64,000 nucleotides of DNA from Candidatus Shapirobacteria bacterium (GTDB taxonomy: Bacteria > Patescibacteriota > Microgenomatia > UM-FILTER-40-11), in contig JAGVBK010000003.1 of the NCBI GenBank assembly GCA_020059745.1, positions 1,123 to 65,122 of the forward strand, in the 5' to 3' direction. Position 1 is the first letter of the stretch. Each line of letters opens with the position of its first letter. The position numbers and the translations under genes are program-made. The notes beneath the pieces are model-generated. The model ran no database searches and was not told the DNA's origin. It saw nothing but the letters and a program-made list of their open reading frames with translations. This document shows positions 55,615-64,000 of this stretch, one piece after another.

Positions 55615-56917
55615 GTTCTTGAAATTGAATTGTTTGATGTCCGCAATTAAAAAAGTTCTGCAAAAAAGCGAATTAATTGTTTTTTTAGTCATTACTTTCC
55701 TTTCTTTTTATCTTCGTTTTGCTGATTATCCTCGCTTGTTGAATTTTCATCACGATCCGGCATTTTACTTTCATGAGGTTAAAGATATGGTTGATTCGGG
55801 AAAACCAAGGCTAACAGGCCCTATTGTTTTAAGTAAGATGGTTGACGGAAGAGGGTTTTTTACCGGGCCCACGCATTATTACTTTTTGGCAGCATTGGGC
55901 CTTCTTTCAAATTGGGATGTAGTCTTTATGAGCGCGGTTTACACTTCCTTTTGGCTACTGGCTTATATTATCCTTTTTTTCTGGTTAAGATTTAGATTTG
56001 GAAAGGCGATTGCCTTACTTATTTATGGATTGCTTTCTTTTTACCCGGCAGTGGTTCCGATATCAAGAATGATATGGAATCCCCATTTTCTTCCTTTTTT
56101 CGGAAGCTTGTTTTTAGTGTTTCTGGATTTGAGAAAGAAGAAACCTTTTTTTTATTTTTTATCAGGCTTATTTTTTGGCCTAGCTTTTAGCGCTCACTAT
56201 GCTGCTGTTCTTTGGCTGCCGATAATCTTATGTGTTTTTGTTAACGACTATATTAAAGAGCGTTCTTTGCTTAGAAACTGGATTCTTTTTATACTTGCTG
56301 TAATCATTGCCGAATCGCCATTTATTTTATTTGAATTGAGGAATAATTTTTACAATTTAAGGACTTTTTATTTCCAATTACAAAACTATAAACCGTCAGC
56401 AGGATATACACTTGCCCTTTCCTACTATTATGTTTTTCCTTATATCCCGGTGGCAGCATTTTTGCTGGCTGCAATTTTGAAACGATTAAAAAGCTCGCCC
56501 TTATTTCCCTTTGTTAATACTTTACTTGTGGTTTTGATTTTTGTTTTTTTAATTGACTCGTTTTACGGAGAAGGCAAAAAAACTCTATACCCTTATTCCT
56601 GGAATTTGAGTACCCAGAGAAAAGTTACTCAAATGATCATTGATGATAATGAACCAAGTTTCGAGGTAGCAGAGACAATTAATTCCGACACCCGGGCTTT
56701 GGATCTTCGCTGGTGGTTACGCATGGAGGGGGTAAGGCCAATGGATGTAACTCAATATGACAAAGCGGAAGTTTTGTATTTGGTAGCTCCTAATGAGAGA
56801 CCTCCGGAAGAAGAAACTGTTTGGGAAGTAATTAGCCTAAGGCCGTTTGAAATCAAGAAAAAGGAAAATTTGGGAGGAGGCCTGATTTTTTACAAGCTAG
56901 TAAAAATGGTAAAATAG
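55598..56917 (+). CDS. GT-C-like multi-pass membrane protein, paralogous family B (member 3, divergent)
   Basis: 439 aa. Motif DPAFYFHEVKDMVDSGKPRLTGPIVLSKMVDGRGFFTGPTHYYF parallels the family B first-loop motif. The true start may be an internal Met. Confidence 0.45.
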   Translation: MRFLNKFLKLNCLMSAIKKVLQKSELIVFLVITFLSFYLRFADYPRLLNFHHDPAFYFHEVKDMVDSGKPRLTGPIVLSKMVDGRGFFTGPTHYYFLAALGLLSNWDVVFMSAVYTSFWLLAYIILFFWLRFRFGKAIALLIYGLLSFYPAVVPISRMIWNPHFLPFFGSLFLVFLDLRKKKPFFYFLSGLFFGLAFSAHYAAVLWLPIILCVFVNDYIKERSLLRNWILFILAVIIAESPFILFELRNNFYNLRTFYFQLQNYKPSAGYTLALSYYYVFPYIPVAAFLLAAILKRLKSSPLFPFVNTLLVVLIFVFLIDSFYGEGKKTLYPYSWNLSTQRKVTQMIIDDNEPSFEVAETINSDTRALDLRWWLRMEGVRPMDVTQYDKAEVLYLVAPNERPPEEETVWEVISLRPFEIKKKENLGGGLIFYKLVKMVK

Positions 56918-56923
56918 CCTCAC

Positions 56924-58591
56924 ATGCTTAAAAAAATTTACCCTTGGATTTTACTGTTGCTGCTTTCCTTTTTTTCTTTTAAATCCCTTCTTCGGCCGGG
57001 ATATTTTCCGATGCACGACGACATGCAGGCAATGCGCCTGCTTCAGCTTGATAAATGCCTTAGAGACGGCCAGTTTCCCTGCCGCTGGGTGCCTGACATG
57101 GGTTATGGTTATGGCTATCCTCAGTTTGTTTATTATTCTCCCTTGCCATATTATGTGATGGAGCTTTTCCATCTTTCAGGGTTATCTTTTCTTGATTCAG
57201 TTAAAGCCGGTTTTGCTTTGAGCTTTATTCTTTCGGGTTTGGCAATGTTTTTACTGGGCAAGTCTCTATGGGGGAAGCTTGGCGGGCTTGTCAGCGCGAT
57301 TTTTTATGTTTATGCTCCCTACCGGGCTTCAGACGCTTTTAGCAGGGGGGCAGTGGGAGAGTTTTGGGCTTTGGTATTTTTGCCGTTAATTTTCTGGTCG
57401 GTTCATGAATATGTTAAAACCGAGAAAAGTAAGTACCTTGTCTTTTTGGCTCTTTCTTATGGCAGCCTTCTTGTTACTCACAACATTACCTCCCTTGCTT
57501 TTACTCCCTTTTTAGCCTTATGGTCACTTTTTTTGCTTTATCTTTACAAAAAATGGAAATTGGTTTTAAAGCTTGTCCCTGGAGGGCTTTGGGGAATTGG
57601 TTTGGCATCATTTTTTCTTCTGCCGGTTATTTTTGAGAAAAAGTTTGCCCATACCGAAACCATGATTATGGGTTATTTTAACTATTTAGCTCATTTTGTC
57701 TCCTTAAAACAGCTTTTCTGGTCAGGCCACTGGGGTTTTGGCTCAAGCGAGCTTGGGCCAAATGACGATCTTTCTTTTAGTATTGGAGTTTTGCACTGGC
57801 TTTTTGCCTTAGTTGCTTTGGTTCTTTTCTTTATTAAAGAAAGAAAAGAAAAAATCTTTAAAATTGCAAGTTTTCTTTTTTTGACCGGGCTGATAGCGGT
57901 GTTTATGGCTCACCAACGGTCGGTCTTTATATGGAACAGGCTTCCATTTCTTGAGTACTTCCAGTTTCCCTGGAGGTTTTTAACCATTGTCACTTTTAGT
58001 TTTTCTTCTTTGGCCGGAGCCTTGATATATTTTGTAAAATCAGAGGCAAATAAAAAAACCTTGGCCTTTTTCTTGATTGTTTTAGGAATTTTCTTTAACA
58101 GTTTTTATTTTAATCCAAGGGAATGGTATGACCTTTCTGATGAGGAAAAGTTTTCTGGCGAGCTTTGGCAAAAACAGCTTACCATAAGCATTTTTGACTA
58201 TCTTCCAATTTTTGCGAAGATGCCGCCTAGCAGCGAGGCGCCTGGACTTCCATTGGTGGTTCAGGGGCAGGCGGAAATTTTGGATTACCAAAAAGGCTCA
58301 AATTGGCAAAAAGGAAAAATAAAAGTGTTTTCCGAAAATTCGAAAATTCAAATTCCCTCTTACTATTTTCCCGGTTTTAAGGTTTGGGTTAATGGAAGAG
58401 AAACGGAAATTGACTATAATAATGACCTAGGATTAATAAGAATAACCCTTTCCAGGGGCGAAAACGAAGTTATGCTTAAGCTTACCAAAACACTGCCGAG
58501 AAAAGCGGGGGATTTTTTAACCCTTTTTAGTGTTGGGGCCTTAATTTATTTTTTGTTTTATGAAAAGAATTTTTTCAAAAGAAAATCTTAA
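56924..58591 (+). CDS. GT-C-like membrane glycosyltransferase, tandem triplicated family A (copy 1)
   Basis: 555 aa. N-terminal TM then LLRPGYFPMHDDMQAMRLLQLDKCLRDGQFPCRWVPDMGYGYGYP. Eleven or more TM helices and a ~150-aa C-terminal soluble domain. Confidence 0.55.
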   Translation: MLKKIYPWILLLLLSFFSFKSLLRPGYFPMHDDMQAMRLLQLDKCLRDGQFPCRWVPDMGYGYGYPQFVYYSPLPYYVMELFHLSGLSFLDSVKAGFALSFILSGLAMFLLGKSLWGKLGGLVSAIFYVYAPYRASDAFSRGAVGEFWALVFLPLIFWSVHEYVKTEKSKYLVFLALSYGSLLVTHNITSLAFTPFLALWSLFLLYLYKKWKLVLKLVPGGLWGIGLASFFLLPVIFEKKFAHTETMIMGYFNYLAHFVSLKQLFWSGHWGFGSSELGPNDDLSFSIGVLHWLFALVALVLFFIKERKEKIFKIASFLFLTGLIAVFMAHQRSVFIWNRLPFLEYFQFPWRFLTIVTFSFSSLAGALIYFVKSEANKKTLAFFLIVLGIFFNSFYFNPREWYDLSDEEKFSGELWQKQLTISIFDYLPIFAKMPPSSEAPGLPLVVQGQAEILDYQKGSNWQKGKIKVFSENSKIQIPSYYFPGFKVWVNGRETEIDYNNDLGLIRITLSRGENEVMLKLTKTLPRKAGDFLTLFSVGALIYFLFYEKNFFKRKS

Positions 58592-60266
58592 AAAAGACAT
58601 TTTTTCCCTAGGACTTGTCTTGCTTTTATCTGTTCCCGCTTTTTTGCCATTGCTAAGGCCCGGGTATTTTCCAATGCATGATGATATGCAGGTAATAAGG
58701 CTAGAGCAGATGGAAAAATGCTTTCTTGACGGCCAGATTCCCTGCCGCTGGTCGCCAGACCTGGGAGCCGGTTTTGGCCAGCCGATGTTTAATTATTATT
58801 CTGCCTTTCCTTATTACTTTGGCGTTTTTTTCAGGATTTTTGGCTTTCAGTTTATTGACATTGTAAAGCTTCTCTTTCTTTTTTCTCTTGCTCTTTCCGG
58901 TGTCTTTATGTACTTTTTAGGCAAGCAATTTTTCGGGAAGCTGGGAGGAATAACGGCAGCGGTTTTTTATGTTTATGCGCCTTATCATGCGGTTGATATT
59001 TATGTTAGGGGAGCTTTGGCTGAATCCTGGGCAATAACATTTTTCCCCTTGGTCTTTTTACTGGTTTATAAACTTATTAAAGAAGGGAAACCAATATTTT
59101 TGGTTGGGTCGGTTTTATCTTTATTTCTTGTTTTTACCTCTCATAATGTTATGACCCTGATCTTTACTCCGGTTTTGCTTTTGTGGTCATTTTTTGCTAT
59201 GGCCGTTACGGGCCAAAAACGCCTTAAAGAGGTTTTGCTTTTTTTCTTTTGGTCGTTTTGTCTTTCTGCCTTTTTTATATTGCCGGCTTTTTTTGAAAAA
59301 GGGTATGTACTGATTGATTCTTTAAAAGCCGACTATTTTGATTTTCGTTTGCACTTTGCCAGTAAAAAACAGCTTCTTTGGTCAAGGCATTGGGGTTTTG
59401 GCGGCTCACTCGGGCCTGACAGCGATATGTCGCTCCAGATTGGCTGGCCGCACTGGCTTTTAGCCTGTTTTTCGGCTTTGTCTTTAGCGGCATATACTCT
59501 TAAAAAAAACTTATTAAGGAAAAGCGAAACTCTTTTAATCCCTGTCTTTTTTTTAAGTCTTTTTCTGGTTTCAGTTTTTTTTACTCACCGGCTGTCTTTG
59601 TTTTTTTGGGAAAATCTTCCTCTTCTTTCCTATGCCCAGTTTCCGTGGCGGTTTTTAGCGCTTGTTATTTTCAGTTCATCATTCTTGGCTGGGTTTATCT
59701 CCTTTTGGTTAAAAGACAAGGTAAAAGGAAAGCTTGGAATTTTACTTAGTCTCTTTATAATATTTAGCGCCATTTTTTTAAATTATTCTTATTTTAAACC
59801 CCAGGTGATGTACGGTTTTGCTACAGATGATTGGAAGTTGAGCGGAGAAGAGCTTAATAAGCAGAAAAAATCCGCTCTTTTTGACTATCTGCCTAAGCAG
59901 GTAAAAGACGCTCCTTTGCAAATTGCCCCCGATTCTCCCTGGATTGTTTCCGGCGAGGCCGAAATTTCCGAGTTTGAAAAAAGGACAAATTTTTTCAGAA
60001 TGACCGTTTCCGCAAAAGGAGATCTGCCTGCTACAATAAGGGTACCGGTTTTTGATTTTCCTAATTGGGAAATTTATGCAGATCAAAAAGTAATTCCCCA
60101 TAATTCGGAAAACAAACAAGGAGTGATTGAGTTTGAGATTGGCAGCGGCAAACACACCGTGGTCGGCTGGTTCAGAAATACCCCGCTAAGGGATCTTGCT
60201 AATGCGGTCACGCTTTTTTCTTTTGGCTCGCTGATTGTTTATTTTATTCTTAAAGAAGAAAGATGA
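58560..60266 (+). CDS. GT-C-like membrane glycosyltransferase, tandem triplicated family A (copy 2)
   Basis: 568 aa. LLRPGYFPMHDDMQVIRLEQMEKCFLDGQIPCRWSPDLGAGFGQP. Colinear with copy 1. Confidence 0.55.
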   Translation: MKRIFSKENLKKDIFSLGLVLLLSVPAFLPLLRPGYFPMHDDMQVIRLEQMEKCFLDGQIPCRWSPDLGAGFGQPMFNYYSAFPYYFGVFFRIFGFQFIDIVKLLFLFSLALSGVFMYFLGKQFFGKLGGITAAVFYVYAPYHAVDIYVRGALAESWAITFFPLVFLLVYKLIKEGKPIFLVGSVLSLFLVFTSHNVMTLIFTPVLLLWSFFAMAVTGQKRLKEVLLFFFWSFCLSAFFILPAFFEKGYVLIDSLKADYFDFRLHFASKKQLLWSRHWGFGGSLGPDSDMSLQIGWPHWLLACFSALSLAAYTLKKNLLRKSETLLIPVFFLSLFLVSVFFTHRLSLFFWENLPLLSYAQFPWRFLALVIFSSSFLAGFISFWLKDKVKGKLGILLSLFIIFSAIFLNYSYFKPQVMYGFATDDWKLSGEELNKQKKSALFDYLPKQVKDAPLQIAPDSPWIVSGEAEISEFEKRTNFFRMTVSAKGDLPATIRVPVFDFPNWEIYADQKVIPHNSENKQGVIEFEIGSGKHTVVGWFRNTPLRDLANAVTLFSFGSLIVYFILKEER

Positions 60267-61984
60267 AAAAAATAATTGAGAAAGAGTTTTTTTGGATTGT
60301 TCTTCTTTTAGGGCTTTCCTTTCTTTTAATTTTACCAATTTTTAAAAGAGGTTTTTACCCTTTTCATGATGAGTCTCATGTGGCTAACCTTTACCAAATG
60401 GTGAGAGCTGTTTCTTCAGGCCAAATACCGCCGCGTTGGGCGCCTGACTTTAGTTTTAACTATGGATATCCTTTTTTTAATTTTAACTATCATTTGCCTT
60501 TTTACCTTGGTGCCTTTTTCAATCTTGTTTTCGGCCTTAGCCTGGTTTGGTCTTTGAAAATCGTTTTTGCCTTAAGCGTTCCTTTGTCAGCCCTTGCTTT
60601 TTACAAGCTTGGAAGAAAGTTTTCCTCTTCTGGTTTTTCGTTTTTTGCGGCCATGATTTACTGCCTTGCTCCTTATCGGGCAGTTGATCTTTATGTTAGA
60701 GGAGCGGTGGGAGAGCTTTGGGGGTTTGTTTTCATGCCCTTGGTTTTGCTTTCTTTTATAAACCTCATTGAGAAAAGAAGCCTTAAAAAAATAATTTTTG
60801 CCGGGCTTTCCCTGGCGGGGCTGGTTATTTCCCACAGCTTAACCACCATTGTTTTTATGCCTTTTGCGGCCTTGTTTCTTTTTTCGTGTATTCTTTTTGG
60901 GAAAGATAAAAAAAACGCCATTATTTCTTCTTTTTTTGGGCTGGTTTTAGGCTTGTCTTTAAGTGCTTACTACTGGCTGCCTGCTTTTCTGGAAAAAAAG
61001 CTAATGCAGCCCGGTACGCCTTTTAATCCTTTTGACCATTTTCCTTTTATTAAGCAGTTAGTTATTCCTTCCTGGGGATACGGAGCTTCCGTTTGGGGGC
61101 CGGGCGACGGCATGTCTTTTCAGATCGGAATTATCAATATCTTTTTTATTTTATTTTCTTTATTTTTGCTTTTGTTTTTCAGGAAAAAAACGGAAAAGTT
61201 TAATCTTAAGCTTTTTTTTGTTTCCTTAACTTTGTTTTTTTTAAGTCTTTTTTTAATGAATATTCGCTCGGGCTTTATTTGGTCTGCTTTTCCTTTGGGT
61301 GAATATGTTCAATTTCCCTGGAGATTTTTAATTATTTCCACTTTTTTTAGCTCGCTTTCTTTAGTGTTTGTGGAAAGGGTTATTGACCTTGAAAAAAAGG
61401 CGATTAGTAAATACGGGATACTGGCTCTTGTCTTTTTTTCCTTTTTTATAAACAAGCCTTATTTTAAACCTGAAAAAGAAGTTTTTACCGACGATGATTA
61501 CTTTTTAAAAAGATTTTTTATTGACCGGATTTCAACCGGGAAAAGCAAGGAACTCTCCGAAGCCTACTTTTTTTTAAGTGAGGATTATCTGCCTTTACCG
61601 GTTTGGGTTGAGAAAAGGCCCGACTCTTTGCCGGAAGAAAAAGTTGAGTTTTTGGCCGATCAGCCAAATGGGAAAATTACCTACAAAGAGATAACCCCGG
61701 TTAAATATGAAATTCAAGTTGTTTCTGAAAAGGAAGGCAAGGTAATAATTAATAACTACAACTATCCAGGCTGGACAGCAAAGGTAAACGGAAAAATTGC
61801 AGAGATAAAAACTGAAAAGCCTTATGGCAACATGTCAATTGAGGTACCTGCCGGGGCAAGCTCGATTTTGCTTTTCTTTAAGGAAACGCCGCTTCGGCTT
61901 GCAGCAGATTTAGTTAGTCTTTTCTCTTTTTTATTTTCAGCCCTAGCCCTTCTTTTAATAAAAAAAGTGGATTTTAAAAAATGA
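60263..61984 (+). CDS. GT-C-like membrane glycosyltransferase, tandem triplicated family A (copy 3, most divergent)
   Basis: 573 aa. FKRGFYPFHDESHVANLYQMVRAVSSGQIPPRWAPDF. Same architecture as copies 1 and 2. Confidence 0.5.
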   Translation: MKKIIEKEFFWIVLLLGLSFLLILPIFKRGFYPFHDESHVANLYQMVRAVSSGQIPPRWAPDFSFNYGYPFFNFNYHLPFYLGAFFNLVFGLSLVWSLKIVFALSVPLSALAFYKLGRKFSSSGFSFFAAMIYCLAPYRAVDLYVRGAVGELWGFVFMPLVLLSFINLIEKRSLKKIIFAGLSLAGLVISHSLTTIVFMPFAALFLFSCILFGKDKKNAIISSFFGLVLGLSLSAYYWLPAFLEKKLMQPGTPFNPFDHFPFIKQLVIPSWGYGASVWGPGDGMSFQIGIINIFFILFSLFLLLFFRKKTEKFNLKLFFVSLTLFFLSLFLMNIRSGFIWSAFPLGEYVQFPWRFLIISTFFSSLSLVFVERVIDLEKKAISKYGILALVFFSFFINKPYFKPEKEVFTDDDYFLKRFFIDRISTGKSKELSEAYFFLSEDYLPLPVWVEKRPDSLPEEKVEFLADQPNGKITYKEITPVKYEIQVVSEKEGKVIINNYNYPGWTAKVNGKIAEIKTEKPYGNMSIEVPAGASSILLFFKETPLRLAADLVSLFSFLFSALALLLIKKVDFKK

Positions 61985-62679
61985 AACTTTCTGTGGTTGT
62001 CCCTGTTTTTAACGAAGAAAAAACCATTAAAAAGATACTTGAAAAAGTATTGTCTGAAAAAACTCCGAAAGAGGTGATTGTGGTTGATGACGGCTCTTGT
62101 GACAAAACAAAAGAAATTCTTAAAGATATTAAAGACGAAAGAGTGAAAATAATCTTTCATGAGCAGAACAAAGGCAAAGGAGCGGCAGTGAGAACAGGTA
62201 TTAAAAATGCCGAAGGAGATTTTTTGATTATTCAAGACGCAGATTTGGAGTACGATCCGGAATGTTACCAGAAATTGGTCAATATTGTTTCTAAAGATAT
62301 AAAAGTTGTTTACGGAACAAGATTAAAAAATTTAAAATTCAGGCTTTTTGGAAAAAATAAAACTCCCATGCCACTGCATTTTGCCGCCAATCGTTTTTTG
62401 ACTTTACTGACAAATTTTCTTTACGGTTCAAAAATTACCGACATGGAAACCTGCTATAAACTCATGGCCAAAGAAGTTTACCAAAGTCTTGAGCTTGTTT
62501 CCGATAAATTTGAAATTGAGCCGGAAATAACGGCAAAAATATTAAAAAAAGGATTTAAAATTATTGAGATGCCAATTGTCTTTAAGCCAAGAACTTATAA
62601 GCAAGGGAAAAAAATAAAAACCAAAGACGCTTTTGCTGCTGTTTGGTCGCTTGTTAAATATAGAATAGTAAACAAATGA
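61981..62679 (+). CDS. GT2 polyprenol-phosphate sugar synthase (Dpm1-like)
   Basis: LSVVVPVFNEEKTI...VIVVDDGSCDKT...QDADLEYD. 232 aa. Confidence 0.8.
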   Translation: MKLSVVVPVFNEEKTIKKILEKVLSEKTPKEVIVVDDGSCDKTKEILKDIKDERVKIIFHEQNKGKGAAVRTGIKNAEGDFLIIQDADLEYDPECYQKLVNIVSKDIKVVYGTRLKNLKFRLFGKNKTPMPLHFAANRFLTLLTNFLYGSKITDMETCYKLMAKEVYQSLELVSDKFEIEPEITAKILKKGFKIIEMPIVFKPRTYKQGKKIKTKDAFAAVWSLVKYRIVNK

Positions 62680-64000
62680 GAACCAAACTTCTTTTATTAT
62701 TAATTTTCATTATTGCAATCTTTCTTTTTTCTTCTACCCTTTCTTGCTTTTTTGTTCAGGATGACTTTTTCCAGTTTAAGATGGCGGAGGTTGAAAAAGC
62801 AGGGGACTTTTTTGCATTTTTTCTTCCGGGAAATAAATTCGGTTACAGGTTTTACCGTCCTTTGACGCATCAGGGCTTTTTCTTTCTCGGCAGAAGTCTT
62901 TTTGGCCTGAATCCTCTTGGTTTTAGATTAATAATGACAGGGTTTTTCTTAGCCAACATTTATTTGGTTTACCGTTTGGCGGAAAAGATGGTTTCAGAGA
63001 AAGTTGGCCTTATTGCCGGCTTTCTTTATGCAATTTGTTCCTGCCATTTTACCTCTTTATCTTATATTTCCACTTTTGGGAGTATTGCCGTTGCATTTTT
63101 TATCTTTTTGACAATTCATTTTTATCTTAAGGAAAAAAAGCTTGCTCCCATTATTTTTGTTTTGGCTTTATTGTCTTGGGAAACGGCAGTTACTCTCCCC
63201 CTGGTCCTTTTGCTGGCTGAAATGTTTGGCGAAAAAAGATGGGAAAGGCTGATTATATATTTTTTAATTGCCGCAGGATATGTTGCTTTTCGTTTGTCGT
63301 TTTTTGCTTTTCCGAAAGGGGACAGCTATCAAATGTCCCTGACCGTTAAAAGTATTTTGAATACTTTGGCTTGGTATGTTTTTTGGGCGCTAGGAGCTCC
63401 TGAAAACATGGTTGATTTTGTTGGCTCAGGATTCAGGCCCACGGAGCGTTTTAACGAAGTATTTGGCTTAAGCGGTAAGCTTATTGTTGCCGGAGCAATG
63501 CTCGTCTTAATAGCGGTTGGCATCAGGTTTTTTCAGCTTTTGCTTCAAAAAAACAATAAACAAATCCGGGCTGAAATAATTGTCTTCTCCGGCTGGTTTT
63601 TGATTTTTCTTTTGCCTTTTCTTTTTTGGCCGCAGCACAAATTTGCGTATTATCTTGAAGCACCCCTTTTCGGGTTTTGCGTTCTAATTTCTTTGGCTAT
63701 CACTAAACTTCCCAAACTTTTTGCTTATTTGGTTTTTCTTTCTTTTATTACCACTTCACTTTTAACTGTCAACTTTTACAGAAATAACTATTGGACGGTA
63801 GGCAGGTCTAAACTTGCCAAAGAGTTAATTGACGATTTAAAAGTTAATTTCCCTGATGTTCAAAAAGGTTCTATTTTTTATTTTAAAAATGACCCTGAAT
63901 ATAAATTTATTTCCAAGGAATGGGGAGGATCAAGCTCTCAAGCAAAAATTGCAATTTCAGGCTGCAATGCGCCCCAAATAATTTATGGCGATAAAACTCT
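62676..64000 (+). CDS. GT-C membrane glycosyltransferase (PMT_2/ArnT-like), 3' end beyond the window
   Basis: The ATG at 62676 overlaps the upstream stop (ATGA). Translation MRTKLLLLLIFIIAIFLFSSTLSCFFVQDDFFQFKMAEV... has a DD motif in the first loop. The multi-TM ORF stays open to the window end, so it is absent from the ORF track. Confidence 0.6.
   Translation, partial: MRTKLLLLLIFIIAIFLFSSTLSCFFVQDDFFQFKMAEVEKAGDFFAFFLPGNKFGYRFYRPLTHQGFFFLGRSLFGLNPLGFRLIMTGFFLANIYLVYRLAEKMVSEKVGLIAGFLYAICSCHFTSLSYISTFGSIAVAFFIFLTIHFYLKEKKLAPIIFVLALLSWETAVTLPLVLLLAEMFGEKRWERLIIYFLIAAGYVAFRLSFFAFPKGDSYQMSLTVKSILNTLAWYVFWALGAPENMVDFVGSGFRPTERFNEVFGLSGKLIVAGAMLVLIAVGIRFFQLLLQKNNKQIRAEIIVFSGWFLIFLLPFLFWPQHKFAYYLEAPLFGFCVLISLAITKLPKLFAYLVFLSFITTSLLTVNFYRNNYWTVGRSKLAKELIDDLKVNFPDVQKGSIFYFKNDPEYKFISKEWGGSSSQAKIAISGCNAPQIIYGDKT

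Noticed and set aside
1-64000. Search for CRISPR arrays, transposases, integrases, phage genes, rRNA/tRNA/tmRNA/RNase P
   Set aside because: No direct-repeat/spacer arrays, no DDE/tyrosine-recombinase-like ORFs, and no recognisable structural RNA signatures were seen. The heptamer arrays are too short and irregular to be CRISPR.

Overview
This window looks like a gene-dense bacterial segment with the organisation typical of Candidate Phyla Radiation (Patescibacteria) genomes: low GC, short intergenic spacers and many overlapping start/stop codons. It uses the standard genetic code, since TGA acts as a stop and a single-ORF RF2 is present. No rRNA, tRNA, CRISPR array, transposase or integrase was found. 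The first ~27 kb is housekeeping: the 3' end of serS, a MiaB-like radical-SAM methylthiotransferase, secA, an MFS transporter, an S41 protease, a clustered uvrC-uvrA/uvrB-ogt repair locus, prfB, ftsE-ftsX-M23 peptidase, a VanZ-like gene, galE and hsp20. Three accessory regions stand out. The first (28.1-38.4 kb) is a cell-surface module. It holds a sortase, a four-helix-bundle protein and a 2075-aa multidomain adhesin that ends in an LPAAG sorting signal. Its domains are a lamin-tail domain, Myxococcus-type cysteine-rich repeats, SdrD/Cna-B repeats and DUF11. A second anchored protein follows, then a TasA/camelysin-like protein with a SipW-cognate signal peptide, a SipW-type signal peptidase and another lamin-tail-domain protein. 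The second (39.6-46.1 kb) is a sugar-nucleotide and mannoside module: a nucleotidyltransferase, GH130, GT4, rmlB and an SDR. The third (46.1-64 kb) is a very dense glycosylation island. It alternates four Dpm1-like GT2 polyprenol-phosphate-sugar synthases with about nine multi-pass GT-C-like membrane glycosyltransferases. These include a tandem triplicated family and a second three-member paralogous family. Other observations are a degenerate heptamer repeat (TTTAGRG)n that forms long imperfect palindromes in three 5' intergenic regions; two genes interrupted by single-base frameshifts in A-runs (a lamin-tail-domain surface protein and a class A beta-lactamase-like hydrolase); several promoters whose -10 box sits almost on the start codon (leaderless candidates); and an unlisted 48-aa membrane ORF that has its own promoter and RBS.
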